64,000 nt of DNA from Desulfatiglandales bacterium (GTDB lineage: Bacteria; Desulfobacterota; DSM-4660; Desulfatiglandales; HGW-15). The notes beneath the pieces were generated by a model that was not told the origin of the DNA, searched no databases, and saw nothing but the letters and a program-made list of their open reading frames with translations. Positions 20,716-31,408 of this stretch are shown piece after piece. The translations under genes were made by a program, and so were the position numbers. The stretch is taken from assembly GCA_963667015.2 (NCBI GenBank), contig CAXXJJ010000004.1:1536001-1600000 (forward strand). The letters run 5' to 3'. Each line of letters begins with the position of its first letter. Position 1 is the stretch's first letter.

Positions 20716-22864
20716 TATGTAGACGACATCTACCAGGAGACTCTCGTGGGTTCGACTCTTGACCTTCTCGACCTGGAACGTGTTGAAGTACTGCGTGGTC
20801 CACAGGGAACCCTATTTGGTAAAAACAGCCTTGGAGGTGCTATCAGATTGATTTCCAAACTCCCACAGGGGGATAATACCGGTCATTTTCAGATGACCGG
20901 AGGTGATTTTGACCGTCTTGATTTTTCAGGGGCCTATGACTTCTCACTTATTGAAGATATACTTTTTATGCGTATCTCAGGAAGTTCAAAAAGTGTTGAT
21001 GGATACATGGACCGCCTTGATTATACCTGCCAGATGATCGCCAATGGGACTCCTGAGCTGGCAGGTTCCTTCCCTTCAACTCTGATAAGCGACAAAATCA
21101 CAAATGGCAATTGTAAGATTGGTGAAAAAGGGGGATCACAGAGCGATGCCGCAAAAGTCATGTTCCGCTATATTCCCTCTGACAGGCTTGAAATCAATGT
21201 AGGTGCAGATTACACCCAGGTAACAGCGGATGTAGGAGCTGAAACAATGCTTAGAGGATTTAATCCTGAGGATATGTTCGATCAGCATGTTCAGAATAAC
21301 TATATTGATCCAACCTGGAACATAAATGAAGGTGATGCATTGACCATTCTCGGTGACCCGTTTGTCACGGGTGATCCCTATACTGTTTATGAAAGTTTTG
21401 AAGACCCTATAAACGGTATAAGATGGCCCGATAAAAACACAGAAGAATACAAAAACGCCTTTACAAGAGTGGATTATGACATTACTGAGGAAATTCACCT
21501 AAGGGGGATCTTCGGCTACAGGCAATATGAGCAGATATTTGTTGCCGCAAATAACACTCCCTTTTCTTTTAATGGATATTTGATTAATATGGAGCATGAA
21601 CAAACCAGTTATGAGGTCCGCCTGAACGGTTCGGCTTTAAATAACCTGCTGGACTGGACAACCGGTATCTACTACTTTGAATCCGATCACCATTTTGGAG
21701 GTTATATCGGCCTGGGAACTTTTGGCATCTGGGCTGAAGACCTGGGAATCAATCCGGCCGGGTTTTCCAATAACGATTCCTTTACTACAGAAAGTAAATC
21801 AGCATTTATCCATGGCATATTTCATATTACCGAAAAACTATCTTTAACTGCCGGAGGCAGATTTACTGATGAAGACAAGACCTTTACCTTTGACCATACA
21901 GACTTCCTGCAGCTCTCGCAACCACTGGCCTATGGTAAATCCCATTATGACTGGAAATTCGGCCTTGATTATCAATTCACCGAAGACATAATGGCTTATT
22001 TTTCTGCGTCTACGGGCTTTCGTTCCGAGGGTGCGAACCCGAGGCCCTACACTCAGGCCCAGCTTCAGGAAATAACAGGTGAAGAAATTCTTGCCTATGA
22101 AGTGGGTGCTAAAACCGACTTTTTCGATAATCGATTAAGAATAAATGCAGCGGCATTCCTTAATGATTATGACCCTCGTCAATTCATGGCATTCGGAGCC
22201 CAATGTACCGCTGTAGATGATTTTGGCACACCTGTATATGCTATTCCCTACGGCACCCTGTGTCCTGAAGGAACAGCTTACGCAGGTACTACTGGAAGCA
22301 CATACGCAATGGTTTATTTAAGCGCGCCCGGAACATCAAAAGGTCTTGAATTTGATGTAACCGCCAGGCCACTTAAAAATTTGGATCTTAATGCATCCTT
22401 TGGATATTATGACTTTGATACTGATGTGAGCCCGGATCATCCGGGGTATGTTCACCCTGATTATAAAGATCAGGCTGAGTACAATTTTAACATAGGCGCA
22501 CAATACAGGATCAATTTCACTAACGGGTCAATGCTCATACCGCGCATAGATATGTTCTATCAGGGAGGGCGTAATAATAACAGTGTAGGATCCAAACCAA
22601 TAGCTCCATATCATGTTGTCCCCGATTACACAGTATACAATGCCAAGTTGACATACATGTCTACTGATGCAAGATGGTCATTCTCACTGGAAGTGCAAAA
22701 CCTGTTTGATAAATTTTACTGGATAACGCTTGAATCTGACAGGGCTGACAATGGAATAACTCCTACTTATACCAGAACGGGTGTACCGAGTCCTCCGCGT
22801 ATGCTCGCATTGACTTTCAGGTATAATATATTCTAAATCCGGTAGATAGCAAATAATACCCCAC

Positions 22865-22896
22865 ACGCACACAGGCAAACACCTGTGTGCGTTTTT
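22865..22896 (+). terminator. intrinsic terminator
   Basis: ACGCACACAGG...CCTGTGTGCGT + T run. Confidence 0.85.
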
Positions 22897-22987
22897 ATCC
22901 TTCGCAATATCCCTTAAATATTAAATTTTGAGTGCAATGCCAGGTCACAACTGAGTGAAGGAATATTTTTTTTGTAGCACCTTTCAT

Positions 22988-23474
22988 TTTTATTTCTTGA
23001 CTTTAATTTTCGTAAGAAATATTTATTTAACTATACATTAAGGTATACTATTCTAAATAAAAGCCTTTAAGAAATATTTGATTCACAGATTTAAAATTTG
23101 ACTATCGTTTACGGATTACTTTCTAAGTGTAGCAGCAAGTTATTTTAAAATTTACTATACTAATTTTTCCGGGTCTTCATTTTTTACTTGGTGAAACTTT
23201 GAACAGGCTCCTCACATGCGAAAATTTAAATATCGTCCTCTATTTATACCTGAAACCTCCCGCTCCTGTTATTGGCGCCCGCTTTGTTTATAAACTTTTT
23301 TATGTTCCATTTTTTACAGGCATTACAAATATTTATTTTTTCAACGCAATAATATTAAGTAATTAATAAAGCAGCATAATTGTTTTCTATCTAGTTAAAA
23401 TAATGGGGTTCAGCTGTCTCTTATTGAGACAGTTGAGGATTTTAGGTTTTTAACTTTAAGAATGGGGAGGAATC
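22988..23474 (+). promoter_or_regulatory. promoter and long leader of TonB-dependent receptor 2
   Basis: TTGACT-N17-TATTTA at 22997; blocks shared with 18719-19209. Confidence 0.65.
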
Positions 23475-26400
23475 ATGAAAATGCTAAAGCGGATTACTTT
23501 ATTTAAAAACGTTTTAAAATTCATGCTGGTTATCAGTGTAGCGCTGGCAGGCGGGATGGCAACCGCGCAGGAAGAGAACGATTCGGGTGAAGAAGAATTC
23601 ACACTGGAGGAAATTGTAGTCACCGGTTCACGCATTCCTCGTCGTGATTACAAGTCATCCAGCCCAATCGTCACAATCAAAGCTGATACATTCGAAGATA
23701 GATCCAATATTGGTATAGAAACGGCGCTGAACCAGTTGCCGCAATTCACTCCGGCGGGTACTCAGCTAATAGGCAGTTCCGCCTCCTCGCCGCTTCCTTC
23801 AGCGACGGCTTCACCCGGCGCCGCAACAGTAGACCTGAGAGGTTTGGGAACGAATAGAACACTGGTTCTGGTTGATGGTAAACGTGTCCAGCCTATAAAC
23901 GCTGCGCTGGTGGTAGACCTCAATACAATTCCCTCCGCCGCCATCGAATCAGTTGAAGTCATTACCGGTGGCGCCGCAGCCGTTTATGGCGCTGATGCTA
24001 TTGCCGGTGTTGTGAACCTGATACTGAAGAAAGATTTCAAAGGCGCGACATTCGATGTTCAATATGGAATTACCGAAGAAGGCGACGGCAAAGAATTACA
24101 ACTCAGCGGTCTATTGGGTGCCGATATCGCCGATGGTCGCGGCAATGTCATGATGGGTTTTAACTATGCAGATAGAGGCACTATCAAATCTAAAGATCGC
24201 GAATATATCAGGGCCGGCTGGAACGACCCCAATACCGTTAGCAGCGGTAATCAAGCTATGGGCGAATCCCCGCTGGTCGCCTTTAATCCGGGTTCCGCTC
24301 ATGTGCCAACTGCATGGAGTGCTGCACTATACCGGGTCAATCAAGACGGCACTGTATTTGACGAAGAGAATCCGTTAGATTCAGCCCACCCTTATACTGG
24401 TCCATTATGGGGTGACTCCGGTTATAAAATTACTCCGGAGGGTAACCTTACCTATTTAAATAGAGATTTAAGCTATCTGCAATTACCCCTGGAGCGATAC
24501 TCAATGTTTGGATCCGGAAGTTTTAATCTGACTGACAAGACCGAATTTTATATGGATCTGCGCTATTCGGAGAACAAGGCCCTGGCGATCGCTAACCAGC
24601 AGCAGTTTTTTAACATCTGGGGCATACAAGTGCCCTATAACCAGGCGTATGACGATCCCGATTCACCGACATTCGGTCAAGGACCTGATGGTTTTGCCCA
24701 TCATCCGGTGCCTGCCGAGTTGGCCGATCTGTTAAATTCGCGTACCCCGGTAAATCCCGCTCCGCCGTTTGATGTTATTGATCCGTTGACTGCACCCTGG
24801 ACTCTGGAACAAAACATGCGTTACTTACCGCCTTATGAGACACTTACAACAGGTAACGTATTTCAGCTCAGCGGTGGTCTTCGTGGAGAGTTTGGATCCG
24901 GGTACACCGAAGACTGGACCTGGGACGTGTATTATTCTCACGGCAAGTCAACGATCAACGTTCAGCAGCACGAAGGGTTTACACAATTAAAAAGGTCCCA
25001 GCAGATATATGAAGCTGACCAGTATGGCAAGAACTTTTCGGACGGGTATGCAACATCCGTTATCGCTACCTGCGAAAGTGGAATTCCGGTATTTAACGAA
25101 GATGGCAGTGTCAACACTTCGTCCTACGTCACTCAGGATTGCGCCGATTATATGACCCTTCGCATGAACCACGTCACTTCTCTGGAACAAAATGTTTTTG
25201 AAGCCAACATGCAGGGCAGCCTTTTTGAATTGCCCTGGTCCGGAAAGATTCAGTTTGCGGCGGGTGTCGCTTATCGCGAAGAAAATTTCCGATTTAATCC
25301 TGACACCGGTTTTAACGCCAACCAGGAATTCCCCGAGGTCGTTGGTAACATTGCGTTACCGGTGCCTGTAGACGGAAGCACCGATGTAAAAGAGGTTTAT
25401 GGGGAACTTTTAATCCCGGTGCTTAAAGACCTGCCTTTTATAGAAAGCTTTACCCTGGAACCGGGCTATCGAATATCGGATTACGGCGACGCTCCAAAAG
25501 AAGATACCTATAAGGTAATGGCGGATTGGAAAGTCGTTGACTGGGTTCGTTTCCGCGGGGGCCTGCAGTATGCAAACCGTGCTCCAAATATCGCCGAGCT
25601 TTTTATGCCTGTAGGAGCCAGTACCATTACAGTCGGCACGGATGCCTGTGGTACCTGGTCAGGTGTAGCGGAATGGGGTAATAAACCTGAAAACCCAAAC
25701 CGCCTTAATGTACAGACGCTTTGTCAACACCTGATGGTCCGCGATGGCGCTCCTGAAAACTTTGAACTGTACGTGCCCGGTGCAAGTGCAAATGACTGGG
25801 CCTATAATGTCTTTGGCCAATCGTTTAGCTTCCCCTTTGTCTTAGGAGTAACAGGGGGTAATCCGGACCTGGATTCTGAGACTGCCGACACACTGACCCT
25901 GGGTATGGTTATGGACTCGCCTTTTTCAGCGCCGGCTCTGAAAAATTTACGGCTTTCTGTTGACTATTACAACATCGAAGTTGAGGGTGCTATTGGTTCC
26001 CCCGGCCATAATATGGTATATCAGCAGTGTCTGGATGCCCAGTACAATCCCTTAATAGGCTCAGCCCCAGGAACCTACACCGGCGCAGAACTGGCAGCCG
26101 GCAGCCCATATTGCGACCTCATTAACCGTGAGTACATAGGCGATGGGATGAATGATTTCGGCGCCGACCGAAAGTATCTGGCAACCTATGTTAACCAGGG
26201 GGCTCTCACCTCAGTGGGCTATGACATTCAGCTCGATTGGGGTGCCTTTTTCTCTGACATGGGACTTGATTCGATTCCAGGGCGCCTGGGTGTGAATATA
26301 CTGTTGAGTATTCTTGATGAATATTCGGTAATGCCATATCCGGGAGCACAAACTGTTGACTACACGGGAACCGTAAACAATTCATCCTTTGATTACCGGA

Positions 26401-26711
26401 TGTTTACCACCCTTAACTACGGCCATGGTGCATTCTCCGGTGGTTTACGCTGGAGGCATTTGCCAGCGCTGGATCCATCCCCCGGCAGTGCCGCCGATAT
26501 AAAAGGTGTAGCCTCTTATGATCAATTTGATTTATTTGCCCGCTATGTTCTTGGTGATAACATAGAATTGCGCGGTGGCATCGATAACCTGTTTTACGCA
26601 AAACCGAAGCCTAGTGGCGCAAGTGATACTGACGCCAATCTTGGCACTTATATCAGCAGCCACGATATTATCGGTCGAAGATTCTACCTGGCAGCAAAAG
26701 TATGGTTTTAA
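23475..26711 (+). CDS. TonB-dependent receptor
   Basis: EEIVVTGSRI, DLRGLG.NRTLVLVDG, GAAAVYGADAIAGVVN, GRRFYL...WF. Confidence 0.96.
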   Translation: MKMLKRITLFKNVLKFMLVISVALAGGMATAQEENDSGEEEFTLEEIVVTGSRIPRRDYKSSSPIVTIKADTFEDRSNIGIETALNQLPQFTPAGTQLIGSSASSPLPSATASPGAATVDLRGLGTNRTLVLVDGKRVQPINAALVVDLNTIPSAAIESVEVITGGAAAVYGADAIAGVVNLILKKDFKGATFDVQYGITEEGDGKELQLSGLLGADIADGRGNVMMGFNYADRGTIKSKDREYIRAGWNDPNTVSSGNQAMGESPLVAFNPGSAHVPTAWSAALYRVNQDGTVFDEENPLDSAHPYTGPLWGDSGYKITPEGNLTYLNRDLSYLQLPLERYSMFGSGSFNLTDKTEFYMDLRYSENKALAIANQQQFFNIWGIQVPYNQAYDDPDSPTFGQGPDGFAHHPVPAELADLLNSRTPVNPAPPFDVIDPLTAPWTLEQNMRYLPPYETLTTGNVFQLSGGLRGEFGSGYTEDWTWDVYYSHGKSTINVQQHEGFTQLKRSQQIYEADQYGKNFSDGYATSVIATCESGIPVFNEDGSVNTSSYVTQDCADYMTLRMNHVTSLEQNVFEANMQGSLFELPWSGKIQFAAGVAYREENFRFNPDTGFNANQEFPEVVGNIALPVPVDGSTDVKEVYGELLIPVLKDLPFIESFTLEPGYRISDYGDAPKEDTYKVMADWKVVDWVRFRGGLQYANRAPNIAELFMPVGASTITVGTDACGTWSGVAEWGNKPENPNRLNVQTLCQHLMVRDGAPENFELYVPGASANDWAYNVFGQSFSFPFVLGVTGGNPDLDSETADTLTLGMVMDSPFSAPALKNLRLSVDYYNIEVEGAIGSPGHNMVYQQCLDAQYNPLIGSAPGTYTGAELAAGSPYCDLINREYIGDGMNDFGADRKYLATYVNQGALTSVGYDIQLDWGAFFSDMGLDSIPGRLGVNILLSILDEYSVMPYPGAQTVDYTGTVNNSSFDYRMFTTLNYGHGAFSGGLRWRHLPALDPSPGSAADIKGVASYDQFDLFARYVLGDNIELRGGIDNLFYAKPKPSGASDTDANLGTYISSHDIIGRRFYLAAKVWF

Positions 26712-26739
26712 GTGCTGAATTAAATTAGCTCTTTACTTT

Positions 26740-26775
26740 AAAAGCCCGCCAACAATTTTGTTGACGGGCTTTTTT
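26740..26775 (+). terminator. intrinsic terminator
   Basis: AAAGCCCGCCAACA...TGTTGACGGGCTTTTTT. Confidence 0.85.
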
Positions 26776-26901
26776 CTTTTACTTTATTACTGTCTGATCT
26801 CCCAAAAGGCCTCTACCCTTCATTGAAACAGCGATATATAATGTACATTCGTGAAACTTTAGTTTATAAACAGGAAAAGGTAAAAAGTTAAGAGAGATAT
26901 A

Positions 26902-27381
26902 ATGCTGAATATTTTCATTGATGCCGATGCCTGCCCAGTTAAAAAGGAAATTTACCAGGTGGCTGGCAGATTTAAACTAAAAACAACGGTGGTTTCAAAT
27001 ACCTTTATCCGTGTTCCGGACAATCCCTTGATCATGACCGTCATCGTTGAAGACCACCCTGATGCTGCAGATGACTGGATTGTTGAAAATACTTTACATG
27101 ATGACATTGTTGTAACTGCAGACATTCCACTTGCAAGCCGCAGCCTGAAAAAAGGGGCAAGTGCAATAAACCCCGCAGGTAAATTGTTTACAGAAGACAA
27201 TATAGGCCAGATAGTGGCTACCAGGAACCTGATGGCTGATCTCAGGGATATTGGGGAAATCACCGGAGGTCCTCCGCCTTTTACAAAAAAGGATCGATCC
27301 AATTTTTTACAGAAACTTGATGAATTAATACATGCTATACTCAGAAAACACCCTGATTTTTCTGTTCATTCATTGACTTAA
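26902..27381 (+). CDS. YaiI/YqxD family protein (DUF188)
   Basis: IDADACPVK, DAADDWI, VTADIPLA motifs. Confidence 0.95.
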   Translation: MLNIFIDADACPVKKEIYQVAGRFKLKTTVVSNTFIRVPDNPLIMTVIVEDHPDAADDWIVENTLHDDIVVTADIPLASRSLKKGASAINPAGKLFTEDNIGQIVATRNLMADLRDIGEITGGPPPFTKKDRSNFLQKLDELIHAILRKHPDFSVHSLT

Positions 27382-27402
27382 ATTTAAAAAGGAGGAAACT
27401 CT

Positions 27403-28173
27403 ATGGGCTCTCAAATTACGCGTCGTAAAATGCTACAGATTGGTGGCACAGCTCTTGGGGGGGCTATCCTGTATAATGTAAACTCTACAGCAGAAACAAA
27501 GGCCCCGGGCGATTTTCCGTTGACATGGAATCCGATCAAACCGGAATCTATCCAGGAAAGGGCCTACCAGTCGGCATGGGCCAAAATAGGCTGCATGTAC
27601 GGTGTAGTCGAATCAGTCATCGGCACACTGGCAGATACATATGGCGCCCCCTATAATACCTTTCCTGTTGCTGCGACCATCTATGGCAGCGGTGGAATAG
27701 GCGGAATAGGCTCTGTCTGCGGAACGGTCAACGCCGGGGGACTCATCTTTGGCCTGTTTGTTGAAAAACAGGAAGACCTTTTTGCACTCTGCAACGAATT
27801 GTCCCTGTGGTATGAAAAGGCCTCTATGCCCCTATACAAACCCCAAAAACCAGTTCAGGATATTCCGATTGTTGCATCAATATCAGGTTCAAATCTTTGT
27901 CATGTTTCGTGCTCCAGATGGTCAAGGGCCTCAGGCCATAAACTGATGACAATGGCTCACTTTGAGCGATGCAACCGGCTGGTGGCTGACATGGCAATGA
28001 AGATAGTAACCATGCTTAATCAATATACGGGCAGGGAAATTATATTTACAGAAAAACTGAATAAATTTTCCGAAGGATGCATGACCTGCCATGGCCCGGA
28101 AAAGGAAAAGGCAGATGTCTCTGCGAATATGTCATGTAATACCTGCCATGAAGACCCCCATAAAGGGAAATAA
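27403..28173 (+). CDS. split-Soret cytochrome c-like (C-GCAxxG-C-C) protein, Tat-exported, with two C-terminal CxxCH
   Basis: TRRKML signal; GCMYG, CGTVNAG, LCHVSCSRW, ERC; CMTCH and CNTCH. Confidence 0.85.
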   Translation: MGSQITRRKMLQIGGTALGGAILYNVNSTAETKAPGDFPLTWNPIKPESIQERAYQSAWAKIGCMYGVVESVIGTLADTYGAPYNTFPVAATIYGSGGIGGIGSVCGTVNAGGLIFGLFVEKQEDLFALCNELSLWYEKASMPLYKPQKPVQDIPIVASISGSNLCHVSCSRWSRASGHKLMTMAHFERCNRLVADMAMKIVTMLNQYTGREIIFTEKLNKFSEGCMTCHGPEKEKADVSANMSCNTCHEDPHKGK

Positions 28174-28197
28174 CAAATCATTTAAAAGGAGAGGGAT

Positions 28198-29235
28198 ATG
28201 ATATCTAGATTTCTAAGACGATCCATATACATCTTTATGCCTGTTATCGCCTTGTTATTATCGGTGTGTTCGATGGCTGAGGCAGCAGCAACAGCAGAAC
28301 CTGAATGGAATCCTTCTACAATCAGGGAGTGTGACCGGACCTGTCTTGTAGAAATCATGGATGATTATGTGAATGCCATGTTAAATCAGGCACCTGACTC
28401 GCTCCCGCCTCTTTCAATAGACGTCCGAATGACAGAAAACACCGGCGCCATGGATGTGGGCGAGGGGGTTCTCTGGCGTTCAAAGACAGAACCCACCGAC
28501 TTTAAAATCTATGTTGCAGACCCGGTTTCCGGACAGGTAGCGGTCCAGGCACGTTTTAAAATCGGCGGCCGTAATGCCCTGGTCGCAATTCGTTTAAAGG
28601 TAGACCGGGGAAAGATCCAGGAAATAGAGCAGCTTTATGACCGCGAGATTGATGATGCTGCTATTCCGCTTTTAACTACCCCGGTATCATTTTTAACTGA
28701 AGATGTTCCGGTGGAAAAGAGGGTTTCCAGGGATATTCTCTATCGCGCTGCAAACTCTTATTTTGATGCACTGGAAGGCGACAATGGAAAAATCGGCGCA
28801 TTTGCAGATGAATGCGTGCGCCATGAGAACGGTTACCAGACAGTAAACAACCCTCCCCCAGGAGGCCGCATGATGCCTGCCCCCTTTCTCCCGACGGCTG
28901 ATACTGAACAGGGTCGTGAAATGCTCAGGTTCAGCATGCTGACCTGTGAGGAGCAGATCAATACAAAAACATTTGCCCACATGAAACGTATTCGACCACG
29001 CCGGGCGCTGATTATTGATGAGCAGAAACAGACAGTAGGAACCTTTCCACTGTTTGTACACGATGGAACAAGCCGTACCGCAAAGCCGGGAGATCCTCCG
29101 GGAATGATGTTAAATCTAGTTACAATGGAGACATTCGGAATACGAAATGGTCTAATCTATCATGTTGAAGCTGCCCCTTTCGTAACACTCCCCTACGGAC
29201 TGGGTAATGGCTGGACCATTGGGTCCGGAAGATAG
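28198..29235 (+). CDS. secreted hypothetical protein (tandem NTF2-like)
   Basis: Signal peptide; CDR.CL, TEN, CVRHENG.QT patterns. Confidence 0.65.
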   Translation: MISRFLRRSIYIFMPVIALLLSVCSMAEAAATAEPEWNPSTIRECDRTCLVEIMDDYVNAMLNQAPDSLPPLSIDVRMTENTGAMDVGEGVLWRSKTEPTDFKIYVADPVSGQVAVQARFKIGGRNALVAIRLKVDRGKIQEIEQLYDREIDDAAIPLLTTPVSFLTEDVPVEKRVSRDILYRAANSYFDALEGDNGKIGAFADECVRHENGYQTVNNPPPGGRMMPAPFLPTADTEQGREMLRFSMLTCEEQINTKTFAHMKRIRPRRALIIDEQKQTVGTFPLFVHDGTSRTAKPGDPPGMMLNLVTMETFGIRNGLIYHVEAAPFVTLPYGLGNGWTIGSGR

Positions 29236-29306
29236 GTTGTAAGTGTAGACAAACAGTTGGATGTAATATCAAATGCCACAGGTAAAATCATTGGAGATAA
29301 CATAAA

Positions 29307-30086
29307 ATGAACATCTCACTTGACGGATTACATGCCATTATAACCGGAGCGTCTTCCGGCCTTGGATTCGCCATGGCGCATGCGCTTCTTGAAAAGGGAG
29401 CAACCGTGGCGCTTTGTTCACGCCCTGGTGAAAAACTGGATACTGCAGTCAATTCATTGATACAAAAAGGGTTTAAGGCCTGTGCATTGCCAATAGATGT
29501 GCAAAAAGAAGAATCCGTCAAAGAAGCTGTTTCATGGGTAAAAAAAGAATGGAAAAAAATTGATCTTCTGGTCAATAATGCAGCGCAGATGATGCACCGG
29601 ATATACCCCGATTTTATGATTTCTCCAAAATCCTTTTACGAGATACCACCTGACATCTGGAGGGATATGATCGATACAAATCTTAACGGGTATTATCTTG
29701 TGACAAGAGGATTTGTTCCAATGATGATCAATCAGAATATGGGTCGGATTGTAAACATCTCAACAAGCCTTTCAACAATGAACATGTTTGCGCCCTATGG
29801 CCCCTCCAGGGCGGCATCAGAAGCCCTCTCCAACATCATGACTTCAGAACTTAAAAAATATAACATAATGGTAAACGTACTGCTTCCGGGTGGTGCAGTT
29901 GACACAGGCGGGTTACCTGAAGAAATAAGCCAAAAACTGCCATTCAAACTGTTATCTCCTGACATCATGGGCGCTCCGATTATATTCCTGGCATCGCATC
30001 TGGCAGAGGGAATAACTGGGGAGCGTATAATTGCAAAGGATTTTGATAAATGGCTGAAACAAAGACAGGCTAAGGCTGTCCGGTAA
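29307..30086 (+). CDS. SDR family oxidoreductase
   Basis: TGASSGLG, NNAA, YGPSR (YxxxK-like). Confidence 0.9.
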   Translation: MNISLDGLHAIITGASSGLGFAMAHALLEKGATVALCSRPGEKLDTAVNSLIQKGFKACALPIDVQKEESVKEAVSWVKKEWKKIDLLVNNAAQMMHRIYPDFMISPKSFYEIPPDIWRDMIDTNLNGYYLVTRGFVPMMINQNMGRIVNISTSLSTMNMFAPYGPSRAASEALSNIMTSELKKYNIMVNVLLPGGAVDTGGLPEEISQKLPFKLLSPDIMGAPIIFLASHLAEGITGERIIAKDFDKWLKQRQAKAVR

Positions 30087-30100
30087 AAGGAGGATAAAAT

Positions 30101-30394
30101 ATGATCGCTCAATTTTCAGTATATCCATTAGGAGAAGGTACGAGCGTCAGCAGGTTTGTAAAGAAAGGTGTCTCTGTAATAGAAAAATCCGGTTACACAT
30201 ATGAGATTGGAGGTATGGCGACTACTGTAGAGACACCCGGACTGGATGAACTGTTTGAGCTTATCAGACAGGTGCATTCTGCGCATATCGAGGAAGGCGC
30301 GCAAAGGATAATCATTGACTTAAAAGTGGATGACAGGCTGGATAAAACAGCTACAATTAAATCAAAAAGAGATTCTGTTACAGAAGTTAAATAA
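30101..30394 (+). CDS. MTH1187/YkoF family thiamine-binding protein
   Basis: FSVYPLG..SVS, M.T.VE, LKVDDR.DK. Confidence 0.9.
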   Translation: MIAQFSVYPLGEGTSVSRFVKKGVSVIEKSGYTYEIGGMATTVETPGLDELFELIRQVHSAHIEEGAQRIIIDLKVDDRLDKTATIKSKRDSVTEVK

Positions 30395-30415
30395 TTAAAA
30401 AAGGAGGAGCTTTTA

Positions 30416-31270
30416 ATGGATAATAAATTCTCTCGACGTGAAGTACTTGGACTCGGACTTGGGGCGGCCGCTCTTGGAGCCTACGGTATTGCGAATGCAG
30501 CTACAGGTAATGAAAAGAAGAACGAACCGGATTCAGCTTTTAGCAAATACAATAAATATGGAGAAGATCTTGAAAGAATTCTGCTTCTGCGTTCTTCTCC
30601 TATAGCAGTAAAAATGCTTGAAAAGGAGAGTGATATTCCTGAAGGTGCAATGAGGCCCAAGAAGGATCAGGGGCAGCATCTTGCGCAATGCCAAGCCTTT
30701 GCAATGTCCAGGCGCGATAAAACCACGGTTGCCATGCTAAAGGAAGATCACTGGTGTCCTACTGCTGTCATGGCCTATGGACTGGTGAAAAAACCGGAAT
30801 CTGTTGACAAATGGTCTCACCCCTATGACTGCTTCGAATATGGGAAATATATAGGCATAGTCTCTGCACCTTTAATAGGCGCAAACTTTACACCCGATCT
30901 GGTTCTTATCCATGCCAAACCATCTCAACTTCGTTCCCTTCTTCTAACCATGAAAAAAGAAGATGTCCCGGAGGTGAGACATCACTTCTTTCCGCCTTCA
31001 TGCGGATGGCCTGTTGTAAATCCCATGAGAGACGGCAAATACTGGATTGTACTTCCTGATCCGGGTGAATACCAGAGGGCGCTTACCGATGAGGGAGACC
31101 TGATCTTTTCTATCCCGCATGTAAAATTAGAGGAAATGATGGCGGGCCTGAGAAAGAATGAACATGGTTCTTTCTCCTATCGTGACCATCAGATGTTCAT
31201 GCAGACCGATTTTCCTCTGCCTGAATTTTACAAGAATATGTTTAAAGGCTGGGGAATGGATACTGAATAG
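30416..31270 (+). CDS. DUF169 protein with Tat signal
   Basis: SRREVL signal; PIAVK, CQA..M.R, HWCP, PDLVLI..P.QL. Confidence 0.85.
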   Translation: MDNKFSRREVLGLGLGAAALGAYGIANAATGNEKKNEPDSAFSKYNKYGEDLERILLLRSSPIAVKMLEKESDIPEGAMRPKKDQGQHLAQCQAFAMSRRDKTTVAMLKEDHWCPTAVMAYGLVKKPESVDKWSHPYDCFEYGKYIGIVSAPLIGANFTPDLVLIHAKPSQLRSLLLTMKKEDVPEVRHHFFPPSCGWPVVNPMRDGKYWIVLPDPGEYQRALTDEGDLIFSIPHVKLEEMMAGLRKNEHGSFSYRDHQMFMQTDFPLPEFYKNMFKGWGMDTE

Positions 31271-31288
31271 ATACAGGATTAAGAAACC

Positions 31289-31325
31289 CATTCAATGACA
31301 TATAAGCCTAATATGTCATTGAATG
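31289..31325. repeat. perfect 15-bp inverted repeat, no U-tract
   Basis: CATTCAATGACATAT-N7-ATATGTCATTGAATG. Confidence 0.7.
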
Positions 31326-31408
31326 CCCCCGCGGAGTTTATGTAGATAAACGTCTGATTCGTGCCATAAAACCTTTAGCATAAAATGCAAAAACGGAGGT
31401 ACTGACAG

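Larger units (their letters stand above)
19210..22836 (+). pseudogene. TonB-dependent receptor interrupted by IS630 (835 aa after excision)
   Basis: LEEITVTAQ TonB box, VEVLRGPQGTLFGKN plug, C-terminal F; removing IS and one TA restores GVGVYVDDIY in frame. Confidence 0.92.
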
